Positions 26,141 to 38,184 are shown, counted from the stretch's first letter. The stretch is 64,000 bases of DNA from Anaerolineae bacterium (GCA_034435015.1 DAOTYH010000062.1:1219-65218); one strand, 5' to 3'. Notes: generated by a model not told the origin, from the letters alone. A program made the numbers and translations.

Positions 26141-28324
26141 ATGATCGGTGAGCAGATCGGCCAGTACAAGATTGTCGAGTTGATTGCTCAGGGCGGCATG
26201 GCCACCGTCTACAAGGCCTATCAGGAATCCTTTGGGCGTTATGTGGCAGTCAAGGTACTCCCACGTCAACTTTCTGAAGACCCCACCTTTCTCAAGCGCT
26301 TCCAAAACGAAGCCCGCGTGATTGCCCGGCTTGAGCATCGCTCGATCCTGCCAGTCTATGATTATGGGGAACACGACGGGATGCCCTATATCGTGATGCG
26401 GCTGGTTGAGACAGGGACATTGCGTAAGAAGCTGTTCTATGAACAGATTGACCTGCAAACAGCGGCCCGCATCATTGAGCAGGTTGCCGAGGCACTTGAC
26501 TACGCCCACGCACATGGGGTCATACACCGCGATCTGAAGCCAAGCAACATCCTGCTGGATGAGCGCAACAATGCCTATCTGACCGACTTCGGCATTGCTA
26601 AGATGCTGGGGTCTACCTCGCAAGTCACAGGAAGCGGGGTAGTCGGCACGCCAAGCTACATGTCGCCTGAGCAATGTCAGGGCAAGACCGTCACGCCTGC
26701 CAGTGACATTTATGCACTGGGAGCTATCCTCTATGAGGTTGTGACAGGCAAAGCACCCTTCGAGGCTGACACGCCGCTGGGGGTCATGTATATGCACGTG
26801 CGCACGCCGGTGCCCTCTGTACAACAGATCAAGCCATCTTTGCCTGCCGCTATTGATAGGGTGATCGCGCGGGCTATGGCCAAGCGCCCCTTTGAGCGCT
26901 ACTCCTCAGCGTCAGAGTTGGCCGCAGACTTCCGGCGGGCTATCGAGGGCCAGCCATTGGCTGGCGAACAGCCCTATACAGTCACCCAAGGCGAGGCGTT
27001 TACGCCTCCGACACCTCCTCCCAGTCCAACTCCCTATTACGATGCCAGCTCAGGTTTTCAAGCTGAGGGCGTGGCCACATTACCGGACGCGGCGCCGGCT
27101 GAATATCCTTTGCCAAGAGCCGCCTCTCCTGTTCCTAGCAGAAGGAAGCTTTCGCCTCAAGTGATTGCAATCCTTGCCATGGTCTTAGGGTTGGCGTTCA
27201 TGCTGGGGGCGGCAGGCATCGGCTTGGTGGTCATTTCGTGGCTCAACAGCAACACTGACAATCCGTCCATTCTTGCGATGCCCAGCCGTACCCCTCCATT
27301 GGAGGCGGCAAGTACGCAGACGCCCCAAGCCAGCCCCACGCTACAGATTTCAACTCAACAGGGAGGGGGAATCGTTGAGCCGTCCCTTGCCTTGACAGAC
27401 ATGCCTAGCGTAGTCCCGCCGACTTCCCCGCCGCCTGTCACATCAATGCCCACCCCGACGTCTCCGCCTGCATGGACAAATACCCCTCTTCCCACCCCGA
27501 CTCCTTACAGCGCCAACGCGAAAGGGTGGCTGGCCTATACGCAAGGGACTGGCGATTCGGCTGAGATCGTTGTGATCGACACTCAAGGCGAGAACCGCCG
27601 CGTCCTGACAGCCAACAACTGGTATGATGGTGAGCCGGACTGGTCACCAGACGGCACATGGATTGCCTTCGAGTCATCGCGCGACAGCAATGTAGAAGGC
27701 ATCTTTATCATGACCTCCAGCGGCGGCGATGTACGAAAGCTCACTACCTCCGGTGAGCGCGAGCGGCATCCAGATTGGTCACCAGATGGGCGTCTGATCG
27801 CATTTGAGGCCGGCGACGGGGATGCCATTGAACTCTACGTGATGAACGCGGACGGCACAGGACGTTCCCGCCTGACCAACAACAATTACGGCGACCGGGC
27901 ACCCCGCTTCTCCCCTGACGGCACGCGGATTGCCTATATGACTGAGGCACGCGGCAAGTGGGAGATTGCTATTATGGCCTATCCAAGTGGAGAAGTATTA
28001 CGCATTTTTGACTGCCCAGCCCCTGACTGCCGCTTCCCGGCTTGGTCACCGGACGGCACCCGGATCGCCTATAACACGCTTAACAGTGCAGGCGCTGTGG
28101 ACAGCATCTGGATATTGGATGTTGCAACCGGCCAATCCACCTTATTGATACAGGGACGCGAGAATGGCCGCCCGGCATGGTCTGGGGATGGGGCTTACAT
28201 CTTTTTCAACCGTACCGTTAGCGGCAATACTGACCTATATGCTTATGAGATCAGCTCTGGGGCGATTCGGCGTCTGACAACCAGTGCCTCCAACGACTAT
28301 GGGCCAGATTGGGGGCCTCAGTGA
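26141..28324 (+). CDS. Ser/Thr protein kinase with TM segment, Pro/Thr/Ser-rich linker and C-terminal TolB-like PD40 beta-propeller
   Basis: Hanks kinase motifs are present: GGMATVYKA, HRDLKPSNILL, DFG, SPEQ. One TM segment (VIAILAMVLGLAFMLGAAGIGLVVI) is followed by six or more repeats of the (P)DWSPDG / FSPDG type. Confidence 0.85.
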   Translation: MIGEQIGQYKIVELIAQGGMATVYKAYQESFGRYVAVKVLPRQLSEDPTFLKRFQNEARVIARLEHRSILPVYDYGEHDGMPYIVMRLVETGTLRKKLFYEQIDLQTAARIIEQVAEALDYAHAHGVIHRDLKPSNILLDERNNAYLTDFGIAKMLGSTSQVTGSGVVGTPSYMSPEQCQGKTVTPASDIYALGAILYEVVTGKAPFEADTPLGVMYMHVRTPVPSVQQIKPSLPAAIDRVIARAMAKRPFERYSSASELAADFRRAIEGQPLAGEQPYTVTQGEAFTPPTPPPSPTPYYDASSGFQAEGVATLPDAAPAEYPLPRAASPVPSRRKLSPQVIAILAMVLGLAFMLGAAGIGLVVISWLNSNTDNPSILAMPSRTPPLEAASTQTPQASPTLQISTQQGGGIVEPSLALTDMPSVVPPTSPPPVTSMPTPTSPPAWTNTPLPTPTPYSANAKGWLAYTQGTGDSAEIVVIDTQGENRRVLTANNWYDGEPDWSPDGTWIAFESSRDSNVEGIFIMTSSGGDVRKLTTSGERERHPDWSPDGRLIAFEAGDGDAIELYVMNADGTGRSRLTNNNYGDRAPRFSPDGTRIAYMTEARGKWEIAIMAYPSGEVLRIFDCPAPDCRFPAWSPDGTRIAYNTLNSAGAVDSIWILDVATGQSTLLIQGRENGRPAWSGDGAYIFFNRTVSGNTDLYAYEISSGAIRRLTTSASNDYGPDWGPQ

Positions 28325-28374
28325 CAGGCTGATAGACACGGCGGGGGAAATGGCTCAGTGCCGTACCGGTCACA

Positions 28375-28403
28375 TGGAACAGGATATTGTCCCATGCTAC
28401 AAT
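28375..28403 (+). promoter_or_regulatory. extended -10 promoter (TGGAAC-N17-TACAAT with TGC extension)
   Basis: TGCTACAAT is at 28395-28403 and lies inside the ORF-track N-terminus. This argues for the downstream ATG at 28441 as the true start. Confidence 0.4.
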
Positions 28404-28440
28404 CTGCCGCTGGCAGCTACGAGTTGAATTGAATCTGGGG

Positions 28441-30000
28441 ATGGTCATGCGACAAGACATTGACAGGCCGGAGCATCTTATCGGTATCCGTGAGGGAATA
28501 CTGCTTACCCTTGCACTAGTCGTGCTGGCAGGAGCGGCATCCCTGTTTGCGTTTGGGGTCATCCATTTCAATGAACGCGGCACACAGCCCGAAGCCGCCT
28601 TGCTCCCCGTGGCGACTCCATCCGCGATCAGCCCCTTCCCAGCGGCGACGCCTACCCCTCTATTGGGGCCAACAGCCGAGCCGACCTCCGATACTATCAC
28701 CCATACTGTCCAATCAGGTGAGACGCTGATCACCATTGCGGCATTGTACGGTGTTGATCTCCAGGCACTGCTGAATGCAAACGGCTTGACATTGAACAGT
28801 GTTATACAGGTCGGGCAGTCTATTATAGTGCCGTTGTCAGCCATTCAGCCTGATACTTGGCATGTAGTGCAGTACGGCGAGACACTGACCAGCATTGCAA
28901 ACCTGTATGGAGTAACACCTGAACTCATCCAAGCGGCCAACAGTCTGCCTGATGTCAACGCTATCTATGTCGGCCAGCGGTTGCGGATACCTGTAGCCTC
29001 CAGCACCGTGCAGCCATCCGCTGGCCTAACAACTTCCGCCACCTCTACTCCGCCCTCTCAGGCATCTGTTGCTAGCTGGCCCCGCTCCATTCTAGACGGC
29101 GACCTGAGTGCGAATTATCCCCTGCTGTACGAGGGCGAACGCTTCAGGCTGCACTATCAGCCCGGAACCTACACAGCGGCTCACCTGAACGAGACTGTGG
29201 CGCTGATCGAACAAGCCCTGAACCGCGTAGAGACAACTCTCAATGTGCGCCTAGACGGGTCCTTCGACCTGTACATGGCAGGGACGCTGTTTGCCTCTCC
29301 AAATGCCCACCTGCATGGTTTGAGCCAATCGCTGGATCGGCGCACATTTGTCCTGAACGATGGGAGCGGCACTGCCGCGGATCGGGCTTACTTCCTGACC
29401 CATGAACTGACACATCTTGTGGCATGGAACACATGGGGAGCACCCTCTTCCACAATGCTCTCAGAAGGGTTAGCGACTTACGTTGGTCGTCCTTTGCTTG
29501 AGCAGGCAGGCTACCTGCCTTACGATCAGGTCTGTCTAGCGGCCTATGCGAGCGGCCAGCTTCCTTCAGTAGCGGCTGTTGAAAGAGATTGGCAGGCATT
29601 TCAGGGACATATCCGCCACTCTTTCAACTACTTTGGGAGTGCCTGTTTTATTGACTATCTGATTGAGACCTACGGACTGGAGCCGCTCAGCAGGCTCTAC
29701 CACACCTCGGATTATGTGAATCTATACGGGGCTTCACTACGGGAATTGGATACCGCGTGGCGGGCCGCGCTGGCCGCAAGACAGTCAGAGCTGACTGTTG
29801 ATCCGGCGGCACTGACAGCTTACACGCAGGAACTGGAGCTTGTCTACGACTTTGTCTTTGACAATTACGATGGTACTGACCGGATGCATCAGGCATACCT
29901 TGCCGTAGATCAGGCCCGTGTAGCGGTCTGGAAAGGCGACTTTACCTCAGCAAGGCGCTGGCTGGATGAGGTATATGCACTGACCGGCTTCACCCCCTGA
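28441..30000 (+). CDS. membrane-anchored protein with two LysM domains and a C-terminal HExxH (putative metallopeptidase) domain
   Basis: A TM segment (LLTLALVVLAGAASLFAFGV) is followed by two LysM repeats (HTVQSGETLITIAALYGVDLQALLNANGL and HVVQYGETLTSIANLYGVTPELIQAANSL), then FLTHELTHLVAW. Confidence 0.65.
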   Translation: MVMRQDIDRPEHLIGIREGILLTLALVVLAGAASLFAFGVIHFNERGTQPEAALLPVATPSAISPFPAATPTPLLGPTAEPTSDTITHTVQSGETLITIAALYGVDLQALLNANGLTLNSVIQVGQSIIVPLSAIQPDTWHVVQYGETLTSIANLYGVTPELIQAANSLPDVNAIYVGQRLRIPVASSTVQPSAGLTTSATSTPPSQASVASWPRSILDGDLSANYPLLYEGERFRLHYQPGTYTAAHLNETVALIEQALNRVETTLNVRLDGSFDLYMAGTLFASPNAHLHGLSQSLDRRTFVLNDGSGTAADRAYFLTHELTHLVAWNTWGAPSSTMLSEGLATYVGRPLLEQAGYLPYDQVCLAAYASGQLPSVAAVERDWQAFQGHIRHSFNYFGSACFIDYLIETYGLEPLSRLYHTSDYVNLYGASLRELDTAWRAALAARQSELTVDPAALTAYTQELELVYDFVFDNYDGTDRMHQAYLAVDQARVAVWKGDFTSARRWLDEVYALTGFTP

Positions 30001-30022
30001 AAGGCTCAGGGTCACAAAAGAT

Positions 30023-30055
30023 AGCGGAGCGGCCCCGCCCCACAGCCGCTCCGCT
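30023..30055. terminator. hairpin between convergent genes (11-bp perfect stem)
   Basis: AGCGGAGCGGC (30023-30033) pairs with GCCGCTCCGCT (30045-30055). Confidence 0.45.
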
Positions 30056-30061
30056 TCGATC

Positions 30062-31252
30062 CTAAGCGATGACTTTTAGCTCTTTGCCCACCTTCTCGAA
30101 GGCGGCTAGGCCGCGTTCGAGGTCTTCCTGAGTGTGGGCGGCGGTGTTCATCACACGGATGCGGGCCTTGCCGCGCGGCACAGTCGGGAAGCCGATCGCC
30201 ATGGCGAAAACACCTTCCTCAAACAGGCGCCGGCTGAACTCCTGTGCCAACGGCGCTTCACCCAACATGACAGGAACGATAGGGGTCTGTGTCCTGCCAG
30301 TATCGAAGCCCATCTGTTGCATACGTGACTTGAAATACTCAGCGTTGGCCCACAGGCGGGCTACCTGCTCGGTGCTGGACTCCAACAAGTCTACACCGGC
30401 CAAACAGGCCGCCACATCCGGCACTGTCATGGCAGAGGAGAACAGGAAAGGCCGTCCCCGTTGGCGGAGCCATTCCACGATGACCTTCTTGCCGGCCACG
30501 ATCCCGCCTATCACACCGAACGCCTTCGACATCGTGCCGACCTCAACGTCTACCTTACCATGCAAGCCGAAATGATCAACAATGCCGCGCCCGCCCCGGC
30601 CTAGCACCCCCTCGCCATGCGCATCATCTACCATCAGCAAGTAGCCATACTCAGAGGCAACTTCATACAGTTCAGGCAACGGTGCAATGTCACCATCCAT
30701 GCTGAACACGCCATCCGTGATGATGATGGCCCTGTTTTTGACCTCTGTCTCCTTGATCACCCGGCGTAGATCGTCCGGATCGCAATGGGCATAGCGCACA
30801 ATCTGAGCACGGGAAAGACGGCATCCGTCAATGATGCTGGCATGGTTCAGCTCATCGGAGAAGATCACATCATCGGGGCCAACCAGTGCGGGGATGGTTG
30901 CCAAATTAGCGGCAAAGCCGCTCTGGAAAGTGATCGCCGCTTCCACCCCTTTGAACTCAGCCAGCCGTTTCTCAAGCTGGACATGCAGGCTCATTGTTCC
31001 AGCAATTGTGCGCACCGCTCCCGGCCCGATACCGTATTGATCAATAGCCTGCTTGGCGGCCTCACGTAGTTTAGGATGGTTGGCGAGGCCAAGATAGTTG
31101 TTAGCACAGAAGTTCAGGACACGCCGGCCCTCGATGGTTACCCAACCATCCATAGGGCTTTCAATAGTGCGGATGTTAGCCAGAAGACCCTGCTCTTTGA
31201 GCGAGGCAAGCTCCTGCTCGATCCACTGCGTCTTATCTATCGCAACGGCCAT
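30062..31252 (-). CDS. kbl: glycine C-acetyltransferase (2-amino-3-ketobutyrate CoA ligase) / alpha-oxoamine synthase family
   Basis: ATG at 31252 follows GGGGAG. The ~396-aa protein shows [32 protein letters not shown] and the PLP-Lys region GTMSKAFG. The length favours Kbl over BioF, but the two are hard to separate by eye. Confidence 0.7.
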   Translation of the reverse strand: MAVAIDKTQWIEQELASLKEQGLLANIRTIESPMDGWVTIEGRRVLNFCANNYLGLANHPKLREAAKQAIDQYGIGPGAVRTIAGTMSLHVQLEKRLAEFKGVEAAITFQSGFAANLATIPALVGPDDVIFSDELNHASIIDGCRLSRAQIVRYAHCDPDDLRRVIKETEVKNRAIIITDGVFSMDGDIAPLPELYEVASEYGYLLMVDDAHGEGVLGRGGRGIVDHFGLHGKVDVEVGTMSKAFGVIGGIVAGKKVIVEWLRQRGRPFLFSSAMTVPDVAACLAGVDLLESSTEQVARLWANAEYFKSRMQQMGFDTGRTQTPIVPVMLGEAPLAQEFSRRLFEEGVFAMAIGFPTVPRGKARIRVMNTAAHTQEDLERGLAAFEKVGKELKVIA

Positions 31253-31478
31253 GGGTTTACTCCCCTGAAAAACCAACGTTTAGAAAAGTGAGGACAGAAC
31301 AAGTTTATCCCCTCAGATGGCTTAAGCCGGCTTATGGGGTAAACAACTTCAAATTGCTCCTGCATTTACTATACATCAAGAATCAGAGGAGAGATACATG
31401 ATCGCGGGCAGGAACAGATGCCCTTTTCCGCCTTCCAGACAGGGAAGCCCGTCAACAAGCTGAAGCAGAAGGCCCTCC

Positions 31479-33209
31479 TCAGGCCCCAAGCTGGTTGAGG
31501 ACACTGCTCATGTATTCCTCGACTTCGGCGGTTGTACCCAGACTCAGCGCGTGTTGTGCGATCTGAGCCGCCTGCTGGCTGGTCAAATGGCCGATCAGCC
31601 ACTTTGCCTCTGGAATAGCACGTGCCACCATGCTGAACTCATCCAAGCCGATACCCAGCAAAATAGGAATAGCTTTTTTCATGCCAGCCAGCTCACCGCA
31701 CATGCCAACCCATTTGCCTTTGGCATGTGCGGCATCTATGGTCTGCTTGATCAGGCGCAGGACCGCCGGATGAAGCGGCTGGAACAGATTGGCTACCCGT
31801 TCGTTACCCCGGTCAACGGCCAAGGTGTACTGGGTCAAGTCATTGGTGCCAAGGCTAAAGAAGTCGCACTCCTCTGCCAGCAGGTCAGCAATGGCCACTG
31901 CCGCCGGAGTCTCGACCATAATGCCTACCGGCACCTCCCGCGAATATTCCCGTCCTTCTGCTTCCAACTCGGCCTGGCACTCGGCCAGTATTGCATTTGC
32001 ACGGCGCAGTTCCTCCAGACTCGTGATCATGGGATACATGATCAGCGCCCGATACCCAGCCGCCGCCTGCAAAATGCTTCGGAGCTGGGTCTTGAAGAGG
32101 TTCACCTCGTCAAGAGAGATGCGGATCGCCCGCCACCCCAAGAAGGGGTTCATCTCCTCCGGGAACTTGAGATAGCTGGGCGGCTTATCTCCACCGATGT
32201 CCAGCGTGCGGACGATAACAGGACGTTCACCCATCACCTCGAAGATAGCGCGGTAGACCTTAACCTGTTTCTCTTCGCTGGGCGGGCGGGTATCCTGCAA
32301 ATACAGAAACTCTGTGCGCAACAATCCCACCCCTTCTGCCCCAAATGCAACCGCTTCACGGGCGGACTCAACCTCACCGATGTTGGCTACGACCTCTACG
32401 CGCTTCCCATCGGCGGTGTGCGCAAGCTGGACAGCGCTGGCCTGAATCTGAGCCAGCCGTGCCGCACGAGACTCCTGCTTAGCCCTGTATTCCTCTACCC
32501 TCGAACGCTTGGGGTTGACGACAACAACACCCTCTGAACCGTCCAATGCTAGCACATCGCCATCTTTAATCTGCTCTACGGCTTCGACTCCCATCCCTAC
32601 TACAGCAGGGATGCCCAGCGTGCGGGCAAGAATAGCCGTGTGAGCAGTCAGGCCGCCGCCAGCCGTACAGAAACCGAGCGTCAACTCAGGCTTGAGGCTG
32701 GCCGTGTCGGAAGGCGTCAGATCGTGTGCCACAACAATAGAAGGTTCTTGGAGCACATCCAGGGAGGTATCGGGTAAGCCCAGCAGGATGCGCAATACCC
32801 GCCGCCCTATGTCACCCACATCAGCGGCGCGGGCGGCGAACATCTCATCTTCCATGCCGGCCAGCATAGCAGACAGCTCCTCCGTAGTCTCCATGACAGC
32901 CGCTTCAACTATTTTGCCGGCGTTCACACGCGACTCCACGCCCTCCGAGAACATAGGGTCTTCCAGCATCATGGCGTGGGCATCAAAGATCGCGGCACTT
33001 TCAGCGTCAGCACGGGTGAGAAGGTTGGCCTTGAGCGCCCCGATCTCTTCAAGCGCCTGAGCGCGGGCCGCCTCAAAACGGGCCAGTTCCTCAGCAGGCG
33101 GGCTGGGGGAGCGCTGGGGAATCGTAAGCTGTGGGGGGCGATAACAAAAAGCCGGACCGATGGCAATCCCCTCGGCGGCGGCGATACCTTTTAGAATCCT
33201 TTCGTTCAT
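31479..33209 (-). CDS. ptsI: phosphoenolpyruvate-protein phosphotransferase (PTS Enzyme I)
   Basis: ATG at 33209 follows GAGGAA. The sequence shows GIAAAEGIAIGPA, the phospho-His region GGLTAHTAILARTLGIPAVVG, FFSLGTNDLTQYTLA, and a C-terminal PEP-utilising domain. Confidence 0.9.
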   Translation of the reverse strand: MNERILKGIAAAEGIAIGPAFCYRPPQLTIPQRSPSPPAEELARFEAARAQALEEIGALKANLLTRADAESAAIFDAHAMMLEDPMFSEGVESRVNAGKIVEAAVMETTEELSAMLAGMEDEMFAARAADVGDIGRRVLRILLGLPDTSLDVLQEPSIVVAHDLTPSDTASLKPELTLGFCTAGGGLTAHTAILARTLGIPAVVGMGVEAVEQIKDGDVLALDGSEGVVVVNPKRSRVEEYRAKQESRAARLAQIQASAVQLAHTADGKRVEVVANIGEVESAREAVAFGAEGVGLLRTEFLYLQDTRPPSEEKQVKVYRAIFEVMGERPVIVRTLDIGGDKPPSYLKFPEEMNPFLGWRAIRISLDEVNLFKTQLRSILQAAAGYRALIMYPMITSLEELRRANAILAECQAELEAEGREYSREVPVGIMVETPAAVAIADLLAEECDFFSLGTNDLTQYTLAVDRGNERVANLFQPLHPAVLRLIKQTIDAAHAKGKWVGMCGELAGMKKAIPILLGIGLDEFSMVARAIPEAKWLIGHLTSQQAAQIAQHALSLGTTAEVEEYMSSVLNQLGA

Positions 33210-33455
33210 AGTTTCCTCATGGCATGTTTGACAGGTTAACCTGATATCGCAATGTGTGGAGACCACCGGCAGCATGAACTAGCAGACTCTATTTTACCCT
33301 ACTATATGCCAAAAATATGGACACAAATGTCAAAGAAACCAGCTCTGAGAAGATTACTCATCTGCCGGCTTGCCTGTGAGATGTCCTGCTCAATTATGAT
33401 ATACTAAAGCCTGTTGACAACGTGTACCCAGTGTGTGGAGCAGTGCATCTAAAAA

Positions 33456-34061
33456 ATGACAGGTTTGCCATCGGCTGAACAAGCTATTGACCTTGAGGCC
33501 CTCAAGAGGGGAGACAAAGCGGCTTTTGCCCAATTGGTCGAGCTTTATGCAGATTCGCTCTACAACTTGCTCTACAAACTGCTGGGCGATCCGTATGAAG
33601 CGGAGGATGCCTTACAGGAAGTATTCATAAGCGTTTATAAAGGGATCGGGCAGTTTGAGATGCGGAGCAATCTCGGAACATGGTTGTACCGGATTGCTTA
33701 CAATGTCGCCATGATGCGCCATCGCAAGCGGCGCCCAGAGACTATCTCCATTGATGAGCCGCTCGAACTTGAGGATGGCGAACAAGTACCGCGCCAGTTC
33801 TTTGATTGGTGCTGCCTTCCGGAGAGCGATCTGCTGAGCGACGAAGCACGTGCCTACATGGAGCAGGCCATCCAGTCGTTGCCTGACTCGCTGAAGGCGG
33901 TCTTTACCCTGCGAGACATCGAGGAACTGTCTACCACTGAGGTGAGCGAGATACTAGGCCTGTCTGTGCCGGCAGTCAAATCGCGACTGCATCGGGCACG
34001 GTTATTCTTACGTGAGCAATTATCTGATTACTTTGTTGAGTGGGCCGGAAGGAACAACTAA
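33456..34061 (+). CDS. ECF-type RNA polymerase sigma factor (sigma-70 family, group 4)
   Basis: 201 aa. Region 2 reads FAQLVELYADSLYNLLYKLLGDPYEAEDALQEVF. Region 4 reads VFTLRDIEELSTTEVSEILGLSVPAVKSRLHRAR. Confidence 0.85.
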   Translation: MTGLPSAEQAIDLEALKRGDKAAFAQLVELYADSLYNLLYKLLGDPYEAEDALQEVFISVYKGIGQFEMRSNLGTWLYRIAYNVAMMRHRKRRPETISIDEPLELEDGEQVPRQFFDWCCLPESDLLSDEARAYMEQAIQSLPDSLKAVFTLRDIEELSTTEVSEILGLSVPAVKSRLHRARLFLREQLSDYFVEWAGRNN

Positions 34062-34063
34062 CT

Positions 34064-34333
34064 ATGGTAACTGATCACGATCACAGCAAATGCCAGCTCC
34101 TGCTGGGTGAATTGTCTGCCTATCTGGATGGAGAGGCAGGGGAAGCCCTGTGTCAGGAGATCGAACGCCATATTGCCGAGTGCGAAAACTGCCGGATCGT
34201 TGTTGATACGATGGCTCGGACTGTGAAGTTGTACCGCGAACATGGGCGTACTGCCCTTCCTGCCAAAGCCAAGCTTCGCCTGTACAAGACCTTAGACCTG
34301 ACCGACTATCTGCCAGATAAGGAACAACCTTAG
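34064..34333 (+). CDS. anti-sigma factor, zf-HC2 type
   Basis: ATG at 34064 lies 2 nt after the sigma-gene stop. The H-x3-C-x2-C motif (HIAECENCR) and small size fit the type. No TM segment is visible, which suggests a soluble form. Confidence 0.65.
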   Translation: MVTDHDHSKCQLLLGELSAYLDGEAGEALCQEIERHIAECENCRIVVDTMARTVKLYREHGRTALPAKAKLRLYKTLDLTDYLPDKEQP

Positions 34334-34391
34334 CGCAGGCCCCCAATAAGCCGCCAGCTCCCTTAAGAGAGCGTTACATCCCAACTTATCT

Positions 34392-34420
34392 TTGACAGTC
34401 TGCTTGAGTATGGGTATGAT
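34392..34420 (+). promoter_or_regulatory. near-consensus sigma-70 promoter TTGACA-N17-TATGAT for the yvcK-gap-pgk-tpiA operon
   Basis: TTGACA is at 34392-34397 and TATGAT at 34415-34420 with an exact 17-nt spacer, about 100-140 nt upstream of the yvcK-like ORF. Confidence 0.6.
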
Positions 34421-34524
34421 GATCAGGGCGGTAGACATAAAATAGAGGCACCTGGCCCATTTCATACTCTGAGGTGCTTCTTGCGTAGTAGGCCGTTCCA
34501 TAGAGGCATCACGGAGCGGCTCAT

Positions 34525-35847
34525 TTGCTGTGTCTATACCTTGAGGCCTGTGAGGGGTATTTGAAGAGTCAGCCCCGTCGCTCACATTCTCTGCTCAAAT
34601 GGCTGACGCCCGGCATCGGCGTCAAGCGCTGGCTTGGACTTTTATTTGTGGGCGTGACGTTACTAGGGCTGGCCTTCGCACTGGTAGTAGTTGATCTATA
34701 TCGGGCCTATCCCTCACCGTTATGGTCTGCGCTCACGCTGGGCGGAGCACCCATGTGGGTGCGGGCTGGGCTGGCAGGCCTGCTGGGCATCACACTCGTG
34801 ATTCTGGCGATCCTTCAGTTCAACCGGGCTGTTCTTGAACCGCTGGAACTAGGGCGCGGCGAGCTGATTGACGCCATGGTCGAGTACCGCCGGGGACAGC
34901 GCGGCCCAAGGATCGTCGCTATTGGAGGGGGCACAGGCCTGCCTGTCCTGTTGCGCGGTCTGAAAGCCTACACCTATAACCTGACGGCTATTGTCACTGT
35001 CGCGGATGATGGGGGAAGCTCAGGCCGCCTGCGAAGGGAGCTGGGTGTCCTGCCGCCGGGAGACTTCCGTAACAATATCGCGGCACTGGCACGCGATGAA
35101 GGGTTGATGACACAACTCTTCCAGTATCGCTTCGGCGAGGGCGGCCTGGAGGGCCACAGCTTTGGCAACCTGTTGATCACAGCGCTAAGCGGCGTGACAG
35201 GCAGTTTCGAGCAGGCATTGATCGAGAGTAGCCGTGTGCTGGCAATCCGGGGGCAGGTATTGCCATCTACATTGGCAGATGTGACCCTGATGGCCGATCT
35301 CCGTGATATTCAGGCCGACAGCACACGGCGCATCGCCGGCGAGTCTGCCATACCGGAGGTCGCCGGGACAGTCGAGCGGGTCTTCCTACAGCCGGACGAT
35401 GCTCCTGCCTATCCAGAGGCAGTGCGGGCTATCCTTTCCGCCGATCTGATCGTTCTGGGGCCGGGCAGTCTGTTCACGAGTATCCTGCCCAATCTGCTGG
35501 TGCCCGGCATTGCTGAAGCTGTGCGGGCCAGCAAGGCGCTCAAGGTGTACGTATGCAACGTGGCCACTCAGCGTGGTGAGACAGATGGCTTCAGCGTAGC
35601 CGATCATGTGCACGCCATCGAGCGGCACGTAGGGAAAGGAATATTCTCAGTGGTGTTGGCAAATAACCGCTTTATCCCCCAGCCGGAGAACGCTAACTTC
35701 TCTTATGTCCGGCTCGACAGCATAGACGATCCGGCGATTCGTGTCTGTACCGCCCCGCTGGCAGACGACAGCCGTCCATGGCGGCATCATCCTGAACGGC
35801 TGGCTCAGGCTGTCATGGACCTGCTCGCAGAGACACAGGGTACATGA
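34525..35847 (+). CDS. YvcK/CofD-family protein (gluconeogenesis factor family) with N-terminal TM segments
   Basis: The sequence shows [45 protein letters not shown] and PPGDFRN. The start is uncertain: TTG at 34525 or TTG at 34561, with no early ATG. Confidence 0.75.
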   Translation: MLCLYLEACEGYLKSQPRRSHSLLKWLTPGIGVKRWLGLLFVGVTLLGLAFALVVVDLYRAYPSPLWSALTLGGAPMWVRAGLAGLLGITLVILAILQFNRAVLEPLELGRGELIDAMVEYRRGQRGPRIVAIGGGTGLPVLLRGLKAYTYNLTAIVTVADDGGSSGRLRRELGVLPPGDFRNNIAALARDEGLMTQLFQYRFGEGGLEGHSFGNLLITALSGVTGSFEQALIESSRVLAIRGQVLPSTLADVTLMADLRDIQADSTRRIAGESAIPEVAGTVERVFLQPDDAPAYPEAVRAILSADLIVLGPGSLFTSILPNLLVPGIAEAVRASKALKVYVCNVATQRGETDGFSVADHVHAIERHVGKGIFSVVLANNRFIPQPENANFSYVRLDSIDDPAIRVCTAPLADDSRPWRHHPERLAQAVMDLLAETQGT

Positions 35848-35864
35848 CAGCGCCAACGAGGTAA

Positions 35865-36929
<1,065 letters not shown>

Positions 36930-36996
36930 CCTACCCTCTCTGCGGCAGGGGTGGCAGATTGGCCACCCCTGCTAACGGCTATCTTTGGGGGAAAAG

Positions 36997-38184
36997 ATGA
37001 ACAAGAAAACCATCCGTGACGTAGACCTCAAGGGTAAACGGGTACTGGTGCGTGTGGATTTCAATGTGCCGGTTGAGGATGGCAAGGTAACCGACGATAC
37101 ACGCATCGTGGCCGCTATCCCGACTATTCGGGCCATTCTAGATCAGAAGCCTAAGGCCGTGATTCTCATGTCGCACTTTGGGCGTCCGAAAGAAGGCCCG
37201 GACCTCAAGTACTCGATCAAGCCGGTTGTGCCTGTCCTGTCCGAGAAGTTGGGAATGCCGGTAGCCTTTGCTGAGGACTGTGTCGGTGAGGTGGCAGAGA
37301 AGGCCGTTGAGGCTCTGCCTGAAGGCGGTGTGTTGTTGCTGGAAAACACCCGCTTTCACCCGACAGAGACTAAAAATGATCTTGAGCTTGCCAAACAGAT
37401 GGCCAGGCTGGGTGACATCTATGTCAATGATGCCTTTGGCTCAGCTCACCGTGCCCATTCAAGTACTGAGGGAGTGGCCCGCTTCCTGCCTGCTGTGGCA
37501 GGCCTGCTGATGGAAAAGGAGATCGAGTTCCTAGGTACAGCCCTCGAAAACCCCAAACGTCCGTTCGTGGCAATCTTGGGAGGGGCCAAAATCTCTGACA
37601 AGATCGGCGTGATCGAGAATCTGCTTGCTAAAGCCGACAAAATCTTGGTTGGCGGCGGAATGGCAAACACCTTCTTCAAGGCACAAGGCATTGAGGTAGG
37701 CGACTCGCTGGTCGAGGATGAGGCGCTTGAAACCGCCAAGTCTATTTTGTCTAAGGCAGGCGACAAACTTGTTCTGCCCGTTGATGTGACCATTGCGGAT
37801 GCCTTCGAGGCAACGGCTGTAGCCGATACGATTGAGGTACGGAAAGGCGTCCCTGCTGGATGGCGTATCCTTGACATCGGTGTCGGCACAGTGAGGTTAT
37901 TCAGCAGTCAACTCACCGATGCGATGACCATTGTCTGGAATGGCCCAATGGGCGTCTTCGAATTTGAGCGCTTTGCTCAAGGGACATTCGCTATCGCCCA
38001 AGCGGTCGCAGGGCGTGCAGAGGCCGGAGCAGTTGTGATCATCGGCGGCGGCGATTCGGCGGCGGCCATCCAACAGGCAGGGCTGGCTGATAAAGTAACG
38101 CACGTCAGCACCGGCGGCGGCGCCAGCCTGGAAATGCTTGAGGGCAAGGTCCTGCCCGGCTTAGCGGCTCTGAACGACAAATAG
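36997..38184 (+). CDS. pgk: phosphoglycerate kinase
   Basis: The start is ATG at 36997. The sequence shows [35 protein letters not shown] and [10 protein letters not shown]-type blocks. Confidence 0.95.
   Translation: MNKKTIRDVDLKGKRVLVRVDFNVPVEDGKVTDDTRIVAAIPTIRAILDQKPKAVILMSHFGRPKEGPDLKYSIKPVVPVLSEKLGMPVAFAEDCVGEVAEKAVEALPEGGVLLLENTRFHPTETKNDLELAKQMARLGDIYVNDAFGSAHRAHSSTEGVARFLPAVAGLLMEKEIEFLGTALENPKRPFVAILGGAKISDKIGVIENLLAKADKILVGGGMANTFFKAQGIEVGDSLVEDEALETAKSILSKAGDKLVLPVDVTIADAFEATAVADTIEVRKGVPAGWRILDIGVGTVRLFSSQLTDAMTIVWNGPMGVFEFERFAQGTFAIAQAVAGRAEAGAVVIIGGGDSAAAIQQAGLADKVTHVSTGGGASLEMLEGKVLPGLAALNDK

Noticed and set aside
26072-26824. 250-aa minus-strand ORF overlapping the 5' third of the kinase gene
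   Set aside because: It is antisense to an ORF with unmistakable Hanks kinase motifs. Its own translation has no recognisable motifs and a Cys/His/Arg-rich composition typical of antisense frames in GC-rich DNA.
31551-32537. 328-aa plus-strand ORF inside ptsI
   Set aside because: It is antisense to a full-length Enzyme I with all signature blocks. It has no RBS and a low-complexity Arg/Leu/Gln-rich translation.
34292-34585. 97-aa minus-strand ORF between the anti-sigma gene and yvcK
   Set aside because: It overlaps the anti-sigma 3' end and the strong + strand promoter and leader. It has no RBS or recognisable motif and is probably spurious.
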